From the NCBI GenBank assembly GCA_963699755.1, contig CAVOVB010000001.1, forward strand, positions 1,728,001 through 1,792,000: a stretch of DNA of 64,000 bases, read 5' to 3'. A program made the position numbers and the translations under genes. Below, piece by piece: positions 20,555 through 30,181 of the stretch (position 1 is the stretch's first letter; each line of letters starts with the position of its first letter). The stretch comes from an uncultured delta proteobacterium (lineage in GTDB: Bacteria > Myxococcota_A > Polyangia > Polyangiales > Houyiibacteriaceae). The notes beneath the pieces are model-generated. The model was not told where the DNA came from and made no database searches. It worked only from the letters and a program-made list of their open reading frames with translations.

Positions 20555-21823
20555 TCACGCGCGGGTCTCGCGCCATGCGCGCGCCAAGGCCTCTTGGTCA
20601 TCGGGATGGGCGATGGAGATGAGCAGCTGCGCCCGTTCGTTCAAGGTCTTGCCGTACAGGTCTACCGCGCCGTTCTCCGTGATGATGAACTGGACATGCG
20701 CCCGCGTGGTCACCACACCGGCTCCCGGCCGAAGGGTGGGCACGATTCGCGGAGCTCCTTTGCGGGTCCGGCTCGTCAGGGCGATGATGGGCTTGCCCCG
20801 CTCGGAGGTCATCGCGCCGCGGATGAAGTCCATCTGGCCGCCAACCCCGGAGATGACGCGGTGGCCGATCGAGTCGGCACAAACCTGCCCGGTGAGGTCG
20901 ATTTCGACCGCCGAGTTGATCGCGGTGACCTTGGGGTTCCGGTTGATGACCGAAACCCGGTTGACGTAGCCGATATCGTACTGGGTGACGGTTGGATTGT
21001 CGTCGATGTAGTCGTACACCCGGCGTGTTCCGACGATGAACCCAGAGACCGTTCGACCCGGGTGAACGGCTTTTTGGCTGTTGTCGACCGCGCCGCATTC
21101 GAGCAAGGGCAGCAAGCCATCGGACCACATTTCAGTGTGAACCCCCAGATGGCGATGACCTTTGAGCGAGGCCAGGACCGCGTCGGGAACGGCTCCAATC
21201 CCCATCTGGAGGGTGGCCCCATCTTCGATGAGCTCCGCAGCATGGTGGCCGATCGCCTGTTCTTCCTCGCTCGGCGCCGTCGCTGGGACCTCGGGGAGGG
21301 GCTCGTCGTTCTCGACCAGCCAATCGAGTTGGTCGATGTGCACGAAGCCGTCCCCATGCACACGCGGCATGTGCCGGTTGACCTGAGCGATCACGATTTT
21401 GGCGGAGTCGACCGCAGCCCTGGCGATGTCCACCGAGACACCAAGGCTGCAGTAGCCTCCCTTGTCCGGCGGCGAGACCTGAACGAGCGCCGCGTCGAGC
21501 GCCCGGCGTCCAGACCGGAACAACTGCGGGATCTCCGACAGAAAGCAGGGCAGGTAGTCGACCCGGTCGCCATCCAGCAGGTGGCGCATGTTCTGGCCGA
21601 CGAACAGGTTCGCCACCCGAAAGGAGCGTGCGTGCTCCGGCTTGGCGTAGGCCGCGTCGCCCGAGGTGTGAAGGTGGATTAGCTCGACGTTGCGAAGGCG
21701 GCGCGCGTCTCGAACGAGGGCGTCCACCAGGGCCGTCGGGGTGGCCACGCCCCCGTGGACGAATACGCGTTGATTGGAATTGATGTGGTTGACCGCCTCG
21801 TCAGCAGTGCAGAGCTTGGACAT
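20555..21823 (-). CDS. acetyl-CoA hydrolase / 4-hydroxybutyrate CoA-transferase family
   Basis: LQMGIGAVP, GVHTEM, EIDLTGQV, SGVGGQMDF. Confidence 0.92.
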   Translation of the reverse strand: MSKLCTADEAVNHINSNQRVFVHGGVATPTALVDALVRDARRLRNVELIHLHTSGDAAYAKPEHARSFRVANLFVGQNMRHLLDGDRVDYLPCFLSEIPQLFRSGRRALDAALVQVSPPDKGGYCSLGVSVDIARAAVDSAKIVIAQVNRHMPRVHGDGFVHIDQLDWLVENDEPLPEVPATAPSEEEQAIGHHAAELIEDGATLQMGIGAVPDAVLASLKGHRHLGVHTEMWSDGLLPLLECGAVDNSQKAVHPGRTVSGFIVGTRRVYDYIDDNPTVTQYDIGYVNRVSVINRNPKVTAINSAVEIDLTGQVCADSIGHRVISGVGGQMDFIRGAMTSERGKPIIALTSRTRKGAPRIVPTLRPGAGVVTTRAHVQFIITENGAVDLYGKTLNERAQLLISIAHPDDQEALARAWRETRA

Positions 21824-21833
21824 CGCACCTTTT

Positions 21834-22139
21834 CTATTCCGGGACGTTCCCGGGTTTGGGTTTCGGCTCAGGTTCGGGCTCCGGCCCGGGGCCGGGCGCC
21901 GGGCGTCTCCGTTCGAGGTCGACTTCGAGGAGCGCAGGGGGGTTGGGCAAGGTAACCGGTCCCGACGTGCGGTCGACGTTGCCCTCGGGCGGGTCGACCT
22001 TGCTGCTGGGCAGGTACTCTTCCTCTTGCTGCATCTCGGTCCCCTGGGCCCCGCGCACTCGGCCCGTCGCGCAGGCGGAGAGCAGCGCCAGGATCAGGAG
22101 CAAGGCCGCGATGATCGAGGTTCGGGCGAGTGGGCTCAT
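21834..22139 (-). CDS. small Pro-rich lipoprotein, unknown function
   Basis: lipobox LSAC; PG/PE/PK tail; 4-nt overlap with upstream gene. Confidence 0.6.
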   Translation of the reverse strand: MSPLARTSIIAALLLILALLSACATGRVRGAQGTEMQQEEEYLPSSKVDPPEGNVDRTSGPVTLPNPPALLEVDLERRRPAPGPGPEPEPEPKPKPGNVPE

Positions 22140-22972
22140 GGCGCCTCCCCGCGGCGCTGGCTGGGGGTCATGTCGGGTTCCACGTCGACCAAGCTATGGC
22201 ACTGGCTGCAGGCCGACAAGAGTCGCCCAAAAATGTCGGCCTGCCCTAGCGTGCTGGGCTTGCCCTCCAGGGCTTCGCCGGGCTTTGGCACGTATTCGTC
22301 TTCTCTGGCTTTACCCTCGACAGCGGCCGCGAACGCCAAGTCGTGGACCTCGTAGGCGAGGCGGGTCGTGCCAGGAGGTCTCTCGCTGTCGGGCGATGTC
22401 GGCCCGTGAAGCGGCGACTCGGCTAGAATCCCGGCGGCAGCTTGGAACGCCGACGTCGAGTCGCTGAGCAGCGCCTCCCACATTCGTTCCACCGCCCAAT
22501 AGTGGCGCCGCATGTGCATCTTCAGGTCTCCTCCTTCGGGCGCGGGCTCGAGTTTCATCGCTGGCCCTTGGTCGAGGGCATGGTGGCATTGACCGCAGGC
22601 GTTCGAGAGCAGGGCGAAGGCCATGCATGCTTCTTCGAGGTCGACAGACTCTCGCACCTGGGTCGCAAGCTCCCGGGTGATGCGCGCGTATTCCTTGCCG
22701 TCTTTGGGAAAGGGCACGTGTTCCATGAAAAACGCGAGCTTGCGCATCGACTGCTGGGCGACCGCGAGGTCTCCTCGGATCAGGGCGTTTCGCGCGACCA
22801 GCGAGAGCGCAGCGTGCTCCTGCATGACTTCTTCGAAGCCATCTGGCGTCGCCGGGTCTTCATCGGCGCGCTTCAGCTCGCAATCGCAGCCGCTTGCGAG
22901 CGCAATCGTCAACCCTAGCGCAATGACCCGCCCAAGCATCAAGCCCCCATCATGCGCTGTCCAGGCGCTCAT
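22136..22972 (-). CDS. diheme c-type cytochrome lipoprotein (duplicated class II helical bundle)
   Basis: lipobox LASGC; CGQCH and CSQCH each ending a helical repeat. Confidence 0.75.
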   Translation of the reverse strand: MSAWTAHDGGLMLGRVIALGLTIALASGCDCELKRADEDPATPDGFEEVMQEHAALSLVARNALIRGDLAVAQQSMRKLAFFMEHVPFPKDGKEYARITRELATQVRESVDLEEACMAFALLSNACGQCHHALDQGPAMKLEPAPEGGDLKMHMRRHYWAVERMWEALLSDSTSAFQAAAGILAESPLHGPTSPDSERPPGTTRLAYEVHDLAFAAAVEGKAREDEYVPKPGEALEGKPSTLGQADIFGRLLSACSQCHSLVDVEPDMTPSQRRGEAP

Positions 22973-22988
22973 TCAAGCAGCTGCGCCT

Positions 22989-23882
22989 TCAACCGTCGTC
23001 GTGGGTGAGAAGGAGCGGCACCTTGCTGTCATGAAGAAGTCGCCTCGCCACGCTGCCGATGAGGAGCCGCTCGATGCCGCTCTTGCCCGTCGTCCCTGCG
23101 CAAATCAGCGTCGCACCCACGTCCTCGGCGACCCTGAGAAGACCCTCCGCAGGGTCTCCGGTGACGAGGTGGGTCTCGATGCCTTTCGAGTCGCTTGAAA
23201 AGAGCTCCGCCGATTCGCTCTTGAGCATCGCTTCGAGCCCGAGACGGAGAGCTTGGCGGCGCTTTTCGGCGGCCTCTCCAACGACGGCGCCCCGGTCCGT
23301 GTACTCGCCCCACACGTCCAAGTAACTGTGAACCATGTGCAGCGGCCCTGGGAAGGAACCGTGAATGGCGCGGGCCACCTCGGCGGCGCGCTTCGCCGGA
23401 GTCGAGAAGTCGTAGGCCACGACGATCGAGCCCGGCATCTTGCCGCCTTCTGGTGGGATGATGATGATCGGGGTGTGGACCGTCTTGATCACGCGCTCGG
23501 TCACGCTGCCGTACATCAGCTTCGAAACGCCTCCGCGACCGTGGGTGCCGACGACGACCAGGTCCACGTCGTGTTCCCTCGCGTAGTCCCGAATCACCTC
23601 GTGCACCGTTCCTTCGCGAATCACCGTGAAGTACTCTATGCCGGCCGCCGCAAGGCCTTTGGCCTGCTGATCGAGCGCATCTTGGGACTCGTTCAGGATG
23701 CGCGTGACCGCCTCCGGGCCTGGGCTGTAGGACAGGTCCATCAGCAGGTACGTCGGAATGACCGGCGTGTGTAGAAGGTGGAGCTTGGCGGAGCACCGCT
23801 TGGCGAGCTCGGTGGCGTAGCTCAGCGCCTGCTGCGCATTCTCCGAAAAGTCGGTCGGGACCAGGATCTGTTTGATCTGCAT
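22989..23882 (-). CDS. tandem-domain universal stress protein
   Basis: ILVPTDFS...GTHGRGG...GSVTE; IVVAYDFS...GTTGKSG...GSVA. Confidence 0.93.
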   Translation of the reverse strand: MQIKQILVPTDFSENAQQALSYATELAKRCSAKLHLLHTPVIPTYLLMDLSYSPGPEAVTRILNESQDALDQQAKGLAAAGIEYFTVIREGTVHEVIRDYAREHDVDLVVVGTHGRGGVSKLMYGSVTERVIKTVHTPIIIIPPEGGKMPGSIVVAYDFSTPAKRAAEVARAIHGSFPGPLHMVHSYLDVWGEYTDRGAVVGEAAEKRRQALRLGLEAMLKSESAELFSSDSKGIETHLVTGDPAEGLLRVAEDVGATLICAGTTGKSGIERLLIGSVARRLLHDSKVPLLLTHDDG

Positions 23883-23914
23883 TTGGGCTTGTCCGTCCTC
23901 TCAATCGGGGCTGG

Positions 23915-24376
23915 TTAGCCGCCGAATGGGTCACTGGGGATCAGGTTATCGTTGAGAAGCTTCTCGGTCACGTACTCGCGCTCTTCTTGTTCGATATCGA
24001 TGCGAAGCATTTCGGCGAGCTTGGTAACGCTCGAGACGAGGCCATCCGGCGAGCTGGCCTCCCGAATCGCATCGACGAGCCGGTCCAGCTCCCGACGCTG
24101 TTCGGCATGCTCGGCGTGCAGGTGACGGACCCGCTCAGGGCCGAACCCATCGGCGTCGTTGATAGCGGGCACCATGTGGGTCTCTTCGAAGTTCATGTGG
24201 AGCTCCAGGATGCCGCGAAGCGCATAGGCGGCGCGCTTGACCTGCGCAGCGGCCACGCTTCCCTCTCCGAGCTTGGCAACCCCCGCCTCGAGCTCCGAGA
24301 GCATGAGCTCGATCTCACGGTGCTGGCTCAGCACCTTCCTACGAACCTCGGAAGGCATCAGGGCTTCGTTGCTCAT
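23915..24376 (-). CDS. hemerythrin-like (HHE) protein
   Basis: QHREI, HMNFEE, HAEHAEQ; AGGAGG SD. Confidence 0.75.
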   Translation of the reverse strand: MSNEALMPSEVRRKVLSQHREIELMLSELEAGVAKLGEGSVAAAQVKRAAYALRGILELHMNFEETHMVPAINDADGFGPERVRHLHAEHAEQRRELDRLVDAIREASSPDGLVSSVTKLAEMLRIDIEQEEREYVTEKLLNDNLIPSDPFGG

Positions 24377-24412
24377 CTTGTCCTCCTGTAAGGCATCCGT
24401 GCGTTGGGTGTG

Positions 24413-24428
24413 TGCAAGTCCCGCGCCA
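24413..24428 (-). promoter_or_regulatory. sigma-54 promoter of hemerythrin operon
   Basis: minus strand TGGCGCGGGACTTGCA. Confidence 0.8.
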
Positions 24429-24459
24429 AGGGTTTAGCAGCATTTCGCGTCAGCGGACA

Positions 24460-24501
24460 CGCAAGTTCTGCGCCGCTCGGGAAACATTCGCAGAACCTGC
24501 G
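24460..24501. promoter_or_regulatory. tandem perfect CGCA-N5-TGCG enhancer pair
   Basis: CGCAAGTTCTGCG (24460) and CGCAGAACCTGCG (24489), 29 bp apart, between divergent sigma-54 promoters. Confidence 0.8.
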
Positions 24502-24544
24502 TCGTTTTCGCTATGCTCGCAGGGCAAAAGCCGTGTCGATCGTC

Positions 24545-24560
24545 TGGCACGAAGCTTGAT
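24545..24560 (+). promoter_or_regulatory. sigma-54 promoter of USP-USP pair
   Basis: TGGCACGAAGCTTGAT (-12 TTGA variant). Confidence 0.7.
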
Positions 24561-24576
24561 AGTGAAGGGTACAAGC

Positions 24577-25056
24577 ATGGACCAGCCACAGACCATTCTC
24601 GTCGGCACCGATTTCTCTGACATCTCGGACGAGGCGCTTCGGGCCGCAGCCCTCTACGCCAAGACCTTCAACTCGCGAGTGCTGGTCACTCATGTATTCG
24701 ACCCGACGCCCAACGTGCCGCCCGTCGTCTGGTCGCGTCCGGACCTTCTCGAGCGGAGCATTCGCGTCGAAATCGAAGAGGCGATTCGGGAGACGCTCAC
24801 CGGCAAGACCGCGGAGCTGCTCCAAGGGGTCGCCGAGGTCGAGCTGAGCGTGGTTCAACACCCCTCTCCGGGTCGTGCCCTGGTCGAGATGGCCGAGGAC
24901 GAGGGCGTGGACCTCCTGATTCTCGGCTCGCATGGTCGAAGCGGCCTGTCCCGCGCGTTCCTCGGTAGCGTCGCGGAACGTGTCGTCCGTCACGCGCCGT
25001 GTCCCGTCTTGGTCGTGCGTGGCCGATGTGATCACAAGCCGAAGGATGGAGAGTAG
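24577..25056 (+). CDS. universal stress protein
   Basis: ILVGTDFS, GSHGRSG, GSVAERVVRHAPCPVLVV. Confidence 0.93.
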   Translation: MDQPQTILVGTDFSDISDEALRAAALYAKTFNSRVLVTHVFDPTPNVPPVVWSRPDLLERSIRVEIEEAIRETLTGKTAELLQGVAEVELSVVQHPSPGRALVEMAEDEGVDLLILGSHGRSGLSRAFLGSVAERVVRHAPCPVLVVRGRCDHKPKDGE

Positions 25057-25059
25057 CCA

Positions 25060-25470
25060 GTGTCTTTGATTCCACGTTTGGTCGTCGCCTATGACTTCTC
25101 CGATCCCGCGCGTCGCGCGTTCGAGCTCGGCGTCTTCATGGGGCGTCAACTCGATGCAGACGTCCACATCGTGACGGTCCTCGACTCGAGTGAATCCAGC
25201 GGGTCCACTCTGGGCAAGGAGCTCGACGACCTCGGTCAGCTCCTCGAGATGCGAACCTGCGGCACCATCAAGGCGGACACCGTACGGATCCAGTGCCACG
25301 CGGTGGCCGGCCATCCGGCCGATGCCGTCGTGGCACTGGCGCGCGAGCTCGACGCGCCGCTCATTCTCTGCGGTACGACCGGGAAAGGCGCAGTCGCACG
25401 CACACTGCTTGGCAGCGTCTCTCACGAGCTCGTGCACAAGAGCGGTGCGATCGTGATGTCGGTGCCCTGA
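25060..25470 (+). CDS. universal stress protein
   Basis: LVVAYDFS, GTTGKG, LLGSVS. Confidence 0.88.
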   Translation: MSLIPRLVVAYDFSDPARRAFELGVFMGRQLDADVHIVTVLDSSESSGSTLGKELDDLGQLLEMRTCGTIKADTVRIQCHAVAGHPADAVVALARELDAPLILCGTTGKGAVARTLLGSVSHELVHKSGAIVMSVP

Positions 25471-25480
25471 CGCCTAGCCT

Positions 25481-26869
25481 TTAGCGGCTCGGCCCGACGA
25501 AGGGCGCCCCGACGACACGGCTGCCCTTGCCGTCGTCCCGCCCCTCCATGGAGATCGTGAGCTTCAGCGCGAGACCAGGGCGCATCTGGTCTTGCGGCAG
25601 GATGGCTAGAATCGGCAAGTAGGTGCTGCCAAGCGATTCGAGCTCGATGCGCTTCTGAGGAATGATGTATTCGATGGCGCTTTCGGACTCTGGCTCGATG
25701 ATGAAGGTCTGCTTGTCGCCGGTCTTGTTGACGAGATGCACCCGCAGGGAGTTCCGCACCTTTCCGTCGACCACCATGAATGGTGCCCCCTCGAGGCGCA
25801 GCACGTTGGCTTCGAACGCGGCGCTTTGCGAAAATGCGAGCGTGGCGCCGAGCAGCCAAAGCGTGACGATCCCCCCATAGAAAAACAGGCGAGGCCGCCC
25901 GAAGTGCTTGGGCTTGCCCTCCAGGCCATTGAGCGAGTCGTAGCGAACCAGACCCTCCGGTCGGCCGACTTTGGTCATGATTTCGTCGCAGGCATCGACG
26001 CAAGCAGCACAACCGACGCACTCCATCTGCAGCCCGTTGCGGATGTCGATGCCGGTCGGGCAGACGACCACGCAGCGTTTGCAGTCGACGCAGTCGCCGT
26101 TGCTCGGATCGCTGGCCTTGCCCCTAGGTTCGCCTCGGTTGAAGTCGTAGCCGATGACCATCGTGTCCTGATCGGTCATTGCCGACTGCAGACGGCCGTA
26201 GGGACAAATGATTAGACACAACTGCTCACGGAACCAACTGAAGTTGAAGTAGAGGATCGCCGACATCACAATCACCCAGGTAAATGCGGTCGGATGCTCG
26301 GCGGGGCTCCTCTGAACCATTTCGACCAGCGACGGAAGCGAGACAAAGTAGCTGATGAACACGTGCGAGAGCAAAAGTGCGAGCACGATGTACACGCCAT
26401 GCTTGAGCAACTTGCGCCAAACTTTGTCGAAGCTGAGCCCAGCCGCGTTGCGCCGCATCCGTTGGGCCCTCGGCCCTTCGATTAGACGCTCGACACGTCG
26501 AAATACGCCTTCGAGGAAGACGGTGTGTGGGCAGGCGTAGCCACACCACAAGCGCCCTTTGATCGCGGTGACGATCAGCAGGCTTAGCCCAACGCCGCTC
26601 AGCAAGAAGAACACGAGCCAGAAGTCCTGCGCGTTGAACACGGCACCGAACAAGTAGAAACGCCGGTTCACGATGTCTAGGAAGACCGCCGGGTGCCCTC
26701 CGATCTTGATGAAGGGCAACAGGACGTAGATCGCGATCAGGAGGGTGAAGATCGTGTATCGGAGGCGCGTGAATCGGCCCTTCACATCGGCTGGATGCAC
26801 GTAGTTGCGACTGCCGTCGGAACGCAGTGAGCTGGCATGTTCTTCAACGACGGGCAGCTTTGAAGTCAT
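25481..26869 (-). CDS. ccoG: cbb3 oxidase accessory protein CcoG
   Basis: WCGYACP, CLIICPYGR, CVDCKRCVVVCP, CVGCAACVDAC. Confidence 0.95.
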   Translation of the reverse strand: MTSKLPVVEEHASSLRSDGSRNYVHPADVKGRFTRLRYTIFTLLIAIYVLLPFIKIGGHPAVFLDIVNRRFYLFGAVFNAQDFWLVFFLLSGVGLSLLIVTAIKGRLWCGYACPHTVFLEGVFRRVERLIEGPRAQRMRRNAAGLSFDKVWRKLLKHGVYIVLALLLSHVFISYFVSLPSLVEMVQRSPAEHPTAFTWVIVMSAILYFNFSWFREQLCLIICPYGRLQSAMTDQDTMVIGYDFNRGEPRGKASDPSNGDCVDCKRCVVVCPTGIDIRNGLQMECVGCAACVDACDEIMTKVGRPEGLVRYDSLNGLEGKPKHFGRPRLFFYGGIVTLWLLGATLAFSQSAAFEANVLRLEGAPFMVVDGKVRNSLRVHLVNKTGDKQTFIIEPESESAIEYIIPQKRIELESLGSTYLPILAILPQDQMRPGLALKLTISMEGRDDGKGSRVVGAPFVGPSR

Positions 26870-26913
26870 CGTGTGCTGTCTTTAGGGTTTGAAGCCCATC
26901 CGGCAAGGCTGGC

Positions 26914-27486
26914 TCAGGGTTCCCAGACCTTCGCGTTCTCTTCGACCGGCTTGCCGCCCTCGACCTTCGTGTTCCGCAGGGTCAGCACATAGGCGACCAC
27001 TTGGTTCACGCCTTGCTCGCCGAGGATTGGTGCCCACGGGGGCATTCCCTTCTCTGCGATGCCGTTGGTGACGATCGCGTGAATGTCGGTCGGCGCTCCT
27101 CCGTGCACCCAATACTCGTCGGTGAGGTTGGAGCCGAGGCCAAGGCGTCCCTGAGCTTGTGTATCGTGGCACGCGACGCATTGCGCCATGAAGGTGGTCT
27201 TACCGGCAGCCACCGCGCTTGCGTCGAGGGAGAGTGCGTCGAGAGAGTCGTCGGTGACGATGCTGCGCTCCGCTTCTGCCGCGGCGACCGCCTCGGCATA
27301 GATCTCGGGCTGCAGCTTCCCAATGTCATAGACGTGATAGTTGAACCAGTAGACCAGCCCGAAGGCGACCGCTCCATAGAAGGTGAGCAGCCACCAGATG
27401 GGCAGGTTGTTGTCGGCTTCCTCGATGCCGTCATAGACGTGCAGGATCTCACCTTGGATTTCGTCGGTTCGTCTTTCATCACTCAT
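26914..27486 (-). CDS. ccoP: cbb3 oxidase subunit III (short, monoheme)
   Basis: HVYDGIEEADNNLPIWW N-terminus, single CVACH, GMPPW. Confidence 0.88.
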   Translation of the reverse strand: MSDERRTDEIQGEILHVYDGIEEADNNLPIWWLLTFYGAVAFGLVYWFNYHVYDIGKLQPEIYAEAVAAAEAERSIVTDDSLDALSLDASAVAAGKTTFMAQCVACHDTQAQGRLGLGSNLTDEYWVHGGAPTDIHAIVTNGIAEKGMPPWAPILGEQGVNQVVAYVLTLRNTKVEGGKPVEENAKVWEP

Positions 27487-27664
27487 GGGGTACCTCCGAC
27501 TCCTCTTCGAGCGGAATGCGTGCGTATTCGTCCACCTCGGATGTCTTCATCCGCATCACGCGAACGATGACGATGAGAAACACGATGAAGAACAAACCCA
27601 GTGCGAGCAGCGGATAGAGCAGCACGGGGCTCTGTTCGAAAAACTCGGAAGCGAATCGGCTCAT
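27479..27664 (-). CDS. ccoQ: cbb3 oxidase subunit IV
   Basis: single TM, ARIPLEE tail, position between ccoO and ccoP. Confidence 0.75.
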   Translation of the reverse strand: MSRFASEFFEQSPVLLYPLLALGLFFIVFLIVIVRVMRMKTSEVDEYARIPLEEESEVPHE

Positions 27665-30006
27665 GGCGCCACCTCCGTCGTTTCGACCCGGGCGAGCGAC
27701 TCGGCTTCGGGGATCCGCCCCAGCCGCTGCAGGTAGGAGATCAGCGCCACCAAGCGGCTGTTGACCAGGAGCTCGCAGCCTTCGGCAGGGGCGTCACAAA
27801 CCTTGACGCCTTCGTCCGTCGCCAGACCAGCCGCGATTGCTGCCGCTGCAGTCTGCGCGTTTTGCTCGGCCATTTGAATCTGCTCGGCCTTGTACGGAAC
27901 GCCGATGTTCCGCATGGCCCGCAGCTTCACCTCCGTGCCCGCGAAGTCGATCGTTTCCTTCGCGAGATGCGCGTAGGGCGGCATGTTCGAGCCGATCGAG
28001 ATCTCGCGCGGGTTGATCATGTGCTTGTAGTGCCAGACGTCGTTGTACTTGCCACCGACGCGCGCCAGGTCCGGACCGATGCGGCGGGAGCCCCACTGGA
28101 ACGGGTGGTCGAAGATCGAGTCGTCCATCGTGGAGACCGCACCGTACCGAGCTGTCTCCCAGGTGAAGGGGCGAATCATCTGCGAGTGGCAGGTGTAGCA
28201 ACCTTCTCGAATGAAGACATCGCGGCCTTCGAGCTCTAGCGGCGTGTAGGGCACGTTCTTCGTGGTGCGGATCGTCTCGGGCACGGAAATGACCATCGGG
28301 ATGATCTCGGCAACGCCGCCAACCAATACACCGATGACGACCAGAACGGTGAAGACCCCGGCACGCCCTTCGATGGCGTGGTGCCAGGAAAGCTTCTCGT
28401 CATTGCGATTGCGCATCGACACCGCAATCGCTGCAACGCCCCACATGACCGCGGCGATCGCAAGGATCGTACTGATCAAGCCGTCGAAGAAGGCCGTCCC
28501 AAAGAGCAAGGCCATGATGATGATCGACGCGATGACCGGCTGACCGAAGACGAGCTTGGGCCACGGGATCGCGCGCTCCCGAGGCTCGGTGACCACGGCA
28601 ACTTCGACCTCGCCGTCCACGGGGGCGCCGCTCCTGGCGGTCGCGATGAGGTTCCAGGCCATCAGAAGAATGCCGGAGAAGTACAGGAGCCCGGAGATGA
28701 GCCGCGCCCAGTACATCGGCCGAATCGCCAGGTAGGTTTCCACGAAGTTCGGGTAGAGAAGCCCGCCGGTCTCGCTAACCGCGCGCCACATCAGGCCCTG
28801 CGTGATGCCGGCAACCCACATCGAAATGGCGTAGATGAGGATGCCCACGGTCGCGATCCAGAAATGGAAGTTCGCGGCCGAAACAGAGCGAAGCTTCGTG
28901 CCGTAGAGCCTCGGAACGAGCCAGTAGAACATGCCGGCGGCCATCAGGCCGTTCCAGCCCAAGGCGCCGCTGTGGACGTGACCGATGATCCAGTCGGTGT
29001 AGTGGGCGAGGCCGCTGATGCTCTTGATGCTGAGGAGCGGGCCTTCGAAGGTGCTCATGCCGTAGAAGGTCACGCCGGCGGCGAGGAACTTCAGCACAGG
29101 GTCGGTGCGGAGCTTGTCCCAGGCGCCCCGAAGCGTGAGTAGGCCGTTCAGCATGCCGCCCCAGCTCGGCGCCCAAAGCATCAAGCTGAAGACCATGCCC
29201 AGGCTCTGCGCCCAGTCGGGTAGGGCGGTGTACAGCAAGTGGTGAGGGCCGGCCCAAATGTAGAGGAAGACGAGGCCCCAGAAGTGGACGATCGAGAGTC
29301 GGTACGAGAAGACCGGCCGTTCGGCAGCCTTCGGGAGGAAGTAGTACATGATGCCGAGAATCGGCGTCGTGAGGAAGAATGCGACGGCGTTGTGGCCGTA
29401 CCACCACTGCACGAGCGCATCCTGCACGCCGGCGAACACCGAGTAGCTCTTGAACATGCTAACCGGGATTTCGAAGCTGTTCACGATGTGCAGAACCGCG
29501 ACCGTGATGATCGTCGCGATGTAGAACCAGATCGCAACGTACAAATGCTTCTCGCGTCGATTGGCAAGCGTCCAGAAGAAGTTCACCGCGAAGACGACCC
29601 AAATCAGGGCGATCGCGATGTCGATCGGCCATTCGAGCTCGGCGTATTCCTTCGCTGCGGTGATGCCGAGCGGGAGGGTGATCGCCGCGGCGACGATGAT
29701 CAGCTGCCAGCCCCAGAAGTGGACCGACGACAAGATGTCGGACGCGAGTCGTGCCTTCGCCAATCGCTGCGTCGAGTAATAGATGCCCGCGAAGAGCATG
29801 TTGCCCACGAACGCGAAGATGACCGCGTTGGTGTGCAAGGGCCTCAGACGACCGAACGACAAATACGGCGGCAGGTTGGCCGGCCACCAGGCCAACTGCA
29901 GTGCGATGATGATCCCCACCAGCATGCCGACGATGCCAAACAGCACCGAGGCCCATAAGAACTGGCGGACGACCTTGTCGTTATAAACGATCCGCTGGGT
30001 TTCCAT
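27661..30006 (-). CDS. ccoN: fused cbb3 oxidase subunits I/II (CcoNO)
   Basis: [23 protein letters not shown], then [23 protein letters not shown]. Confidence 0.96.
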   Translation of the reverse strand: METQRIVYNDKVVRQFLWASVLFGIVGMLVGIIIALQLAWWPANLPPYLSFGRLRPLHTNAVIFAFVGNMLFAGIYYSTQRLAKARLASDILSSVHFWGWQLIIVAAAITLPLGITAAKEYAELEWPIDIAIALIWVVFAVNFFWTLANRREKHLYVAIWFYIATIITVAVLHIVNSFEIPVSMFKSYSVFAGVQDALVQWWYGHNAVAFFLTTPILGIMYYFLPKAAERPVFSYRLSIVHFWGLVFLYIWAGPHHLLYTALPDWAQSLGMVFSLMLWAPSWGGMLNGLLTLRGAWDKLRTDPVLKFLAAGVTFYGMSTFEGPLLSIKSISGLAHYTDWIIGHVHSGALGWNGLMAAGMFYWLVPRLYGTKLRSVSAANFHFWIATVGILIYAISMWVAGITQGLMWRAVSETGGLLYPNFVETYLAIRPMYWARLISGLLYFSGILLMAWNLIATARSGAPVDGEVEVAVVTEPRERAIPWPKLVFGQPVIASIIIMALLFGTAFFDGLISTILAIAAVMWGVAAIAVSMRNRNDEKLSWHHAIEGRAGVFTVLVVIGVLVGGVAEIIPMVISVPETIRTTKNVPYTPLELEGRDVFIREGCYTCHSQMIRPFTWETARYGAVSTMDDSIFDHPFQWGSRRIGPDLARVGGKYNDVWHYKHMINPREISIGSNMPPYAHLAKETIDFAGTEVKLRAMRNIGVPYKAEQIQMAEQNAQTAAAAIAAGLATDEGVKVCDAPAEGCELLVNSRLVALISYLQRLGRIPEAESLARVETTEVAP

Positions 30007-30181
30007 ACTCGTCCTCTTCCCTCTCCGTCGTTGGGGTCACGGGCTTTTCATCGTCAAGCGGGAGCAAAGCAAGGCGATCGGCTTGATCAAACGTTCCTTG
30101 CCGCACGGTCCACGCGAAGAACGCCACAGCGACGCCAACCAAAATCACGCTAATGAAAATCAGTAAGATCAAGACCTCCAT
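29981..30181 (-). CDS. ccoS: cbb3 oxidase maturation protein CcoS
   Basis: MEVLILLI...[11 protein letters not shown]. Confidence 0.85.
   Translation of the reverse strand: MEVLILLIFISVILVGVAVAFFAWTVRQGTFDQADRLALLPLDDEKPVTPTTEREEDEYGNPADRL

Noticed and set aside
21844..21900. PG/PE/PK repeat as a TonB protein
   Set aside because: Only a short Pro-rich tail of a 101-aa lipoprotein; no TonB C-terminal domain
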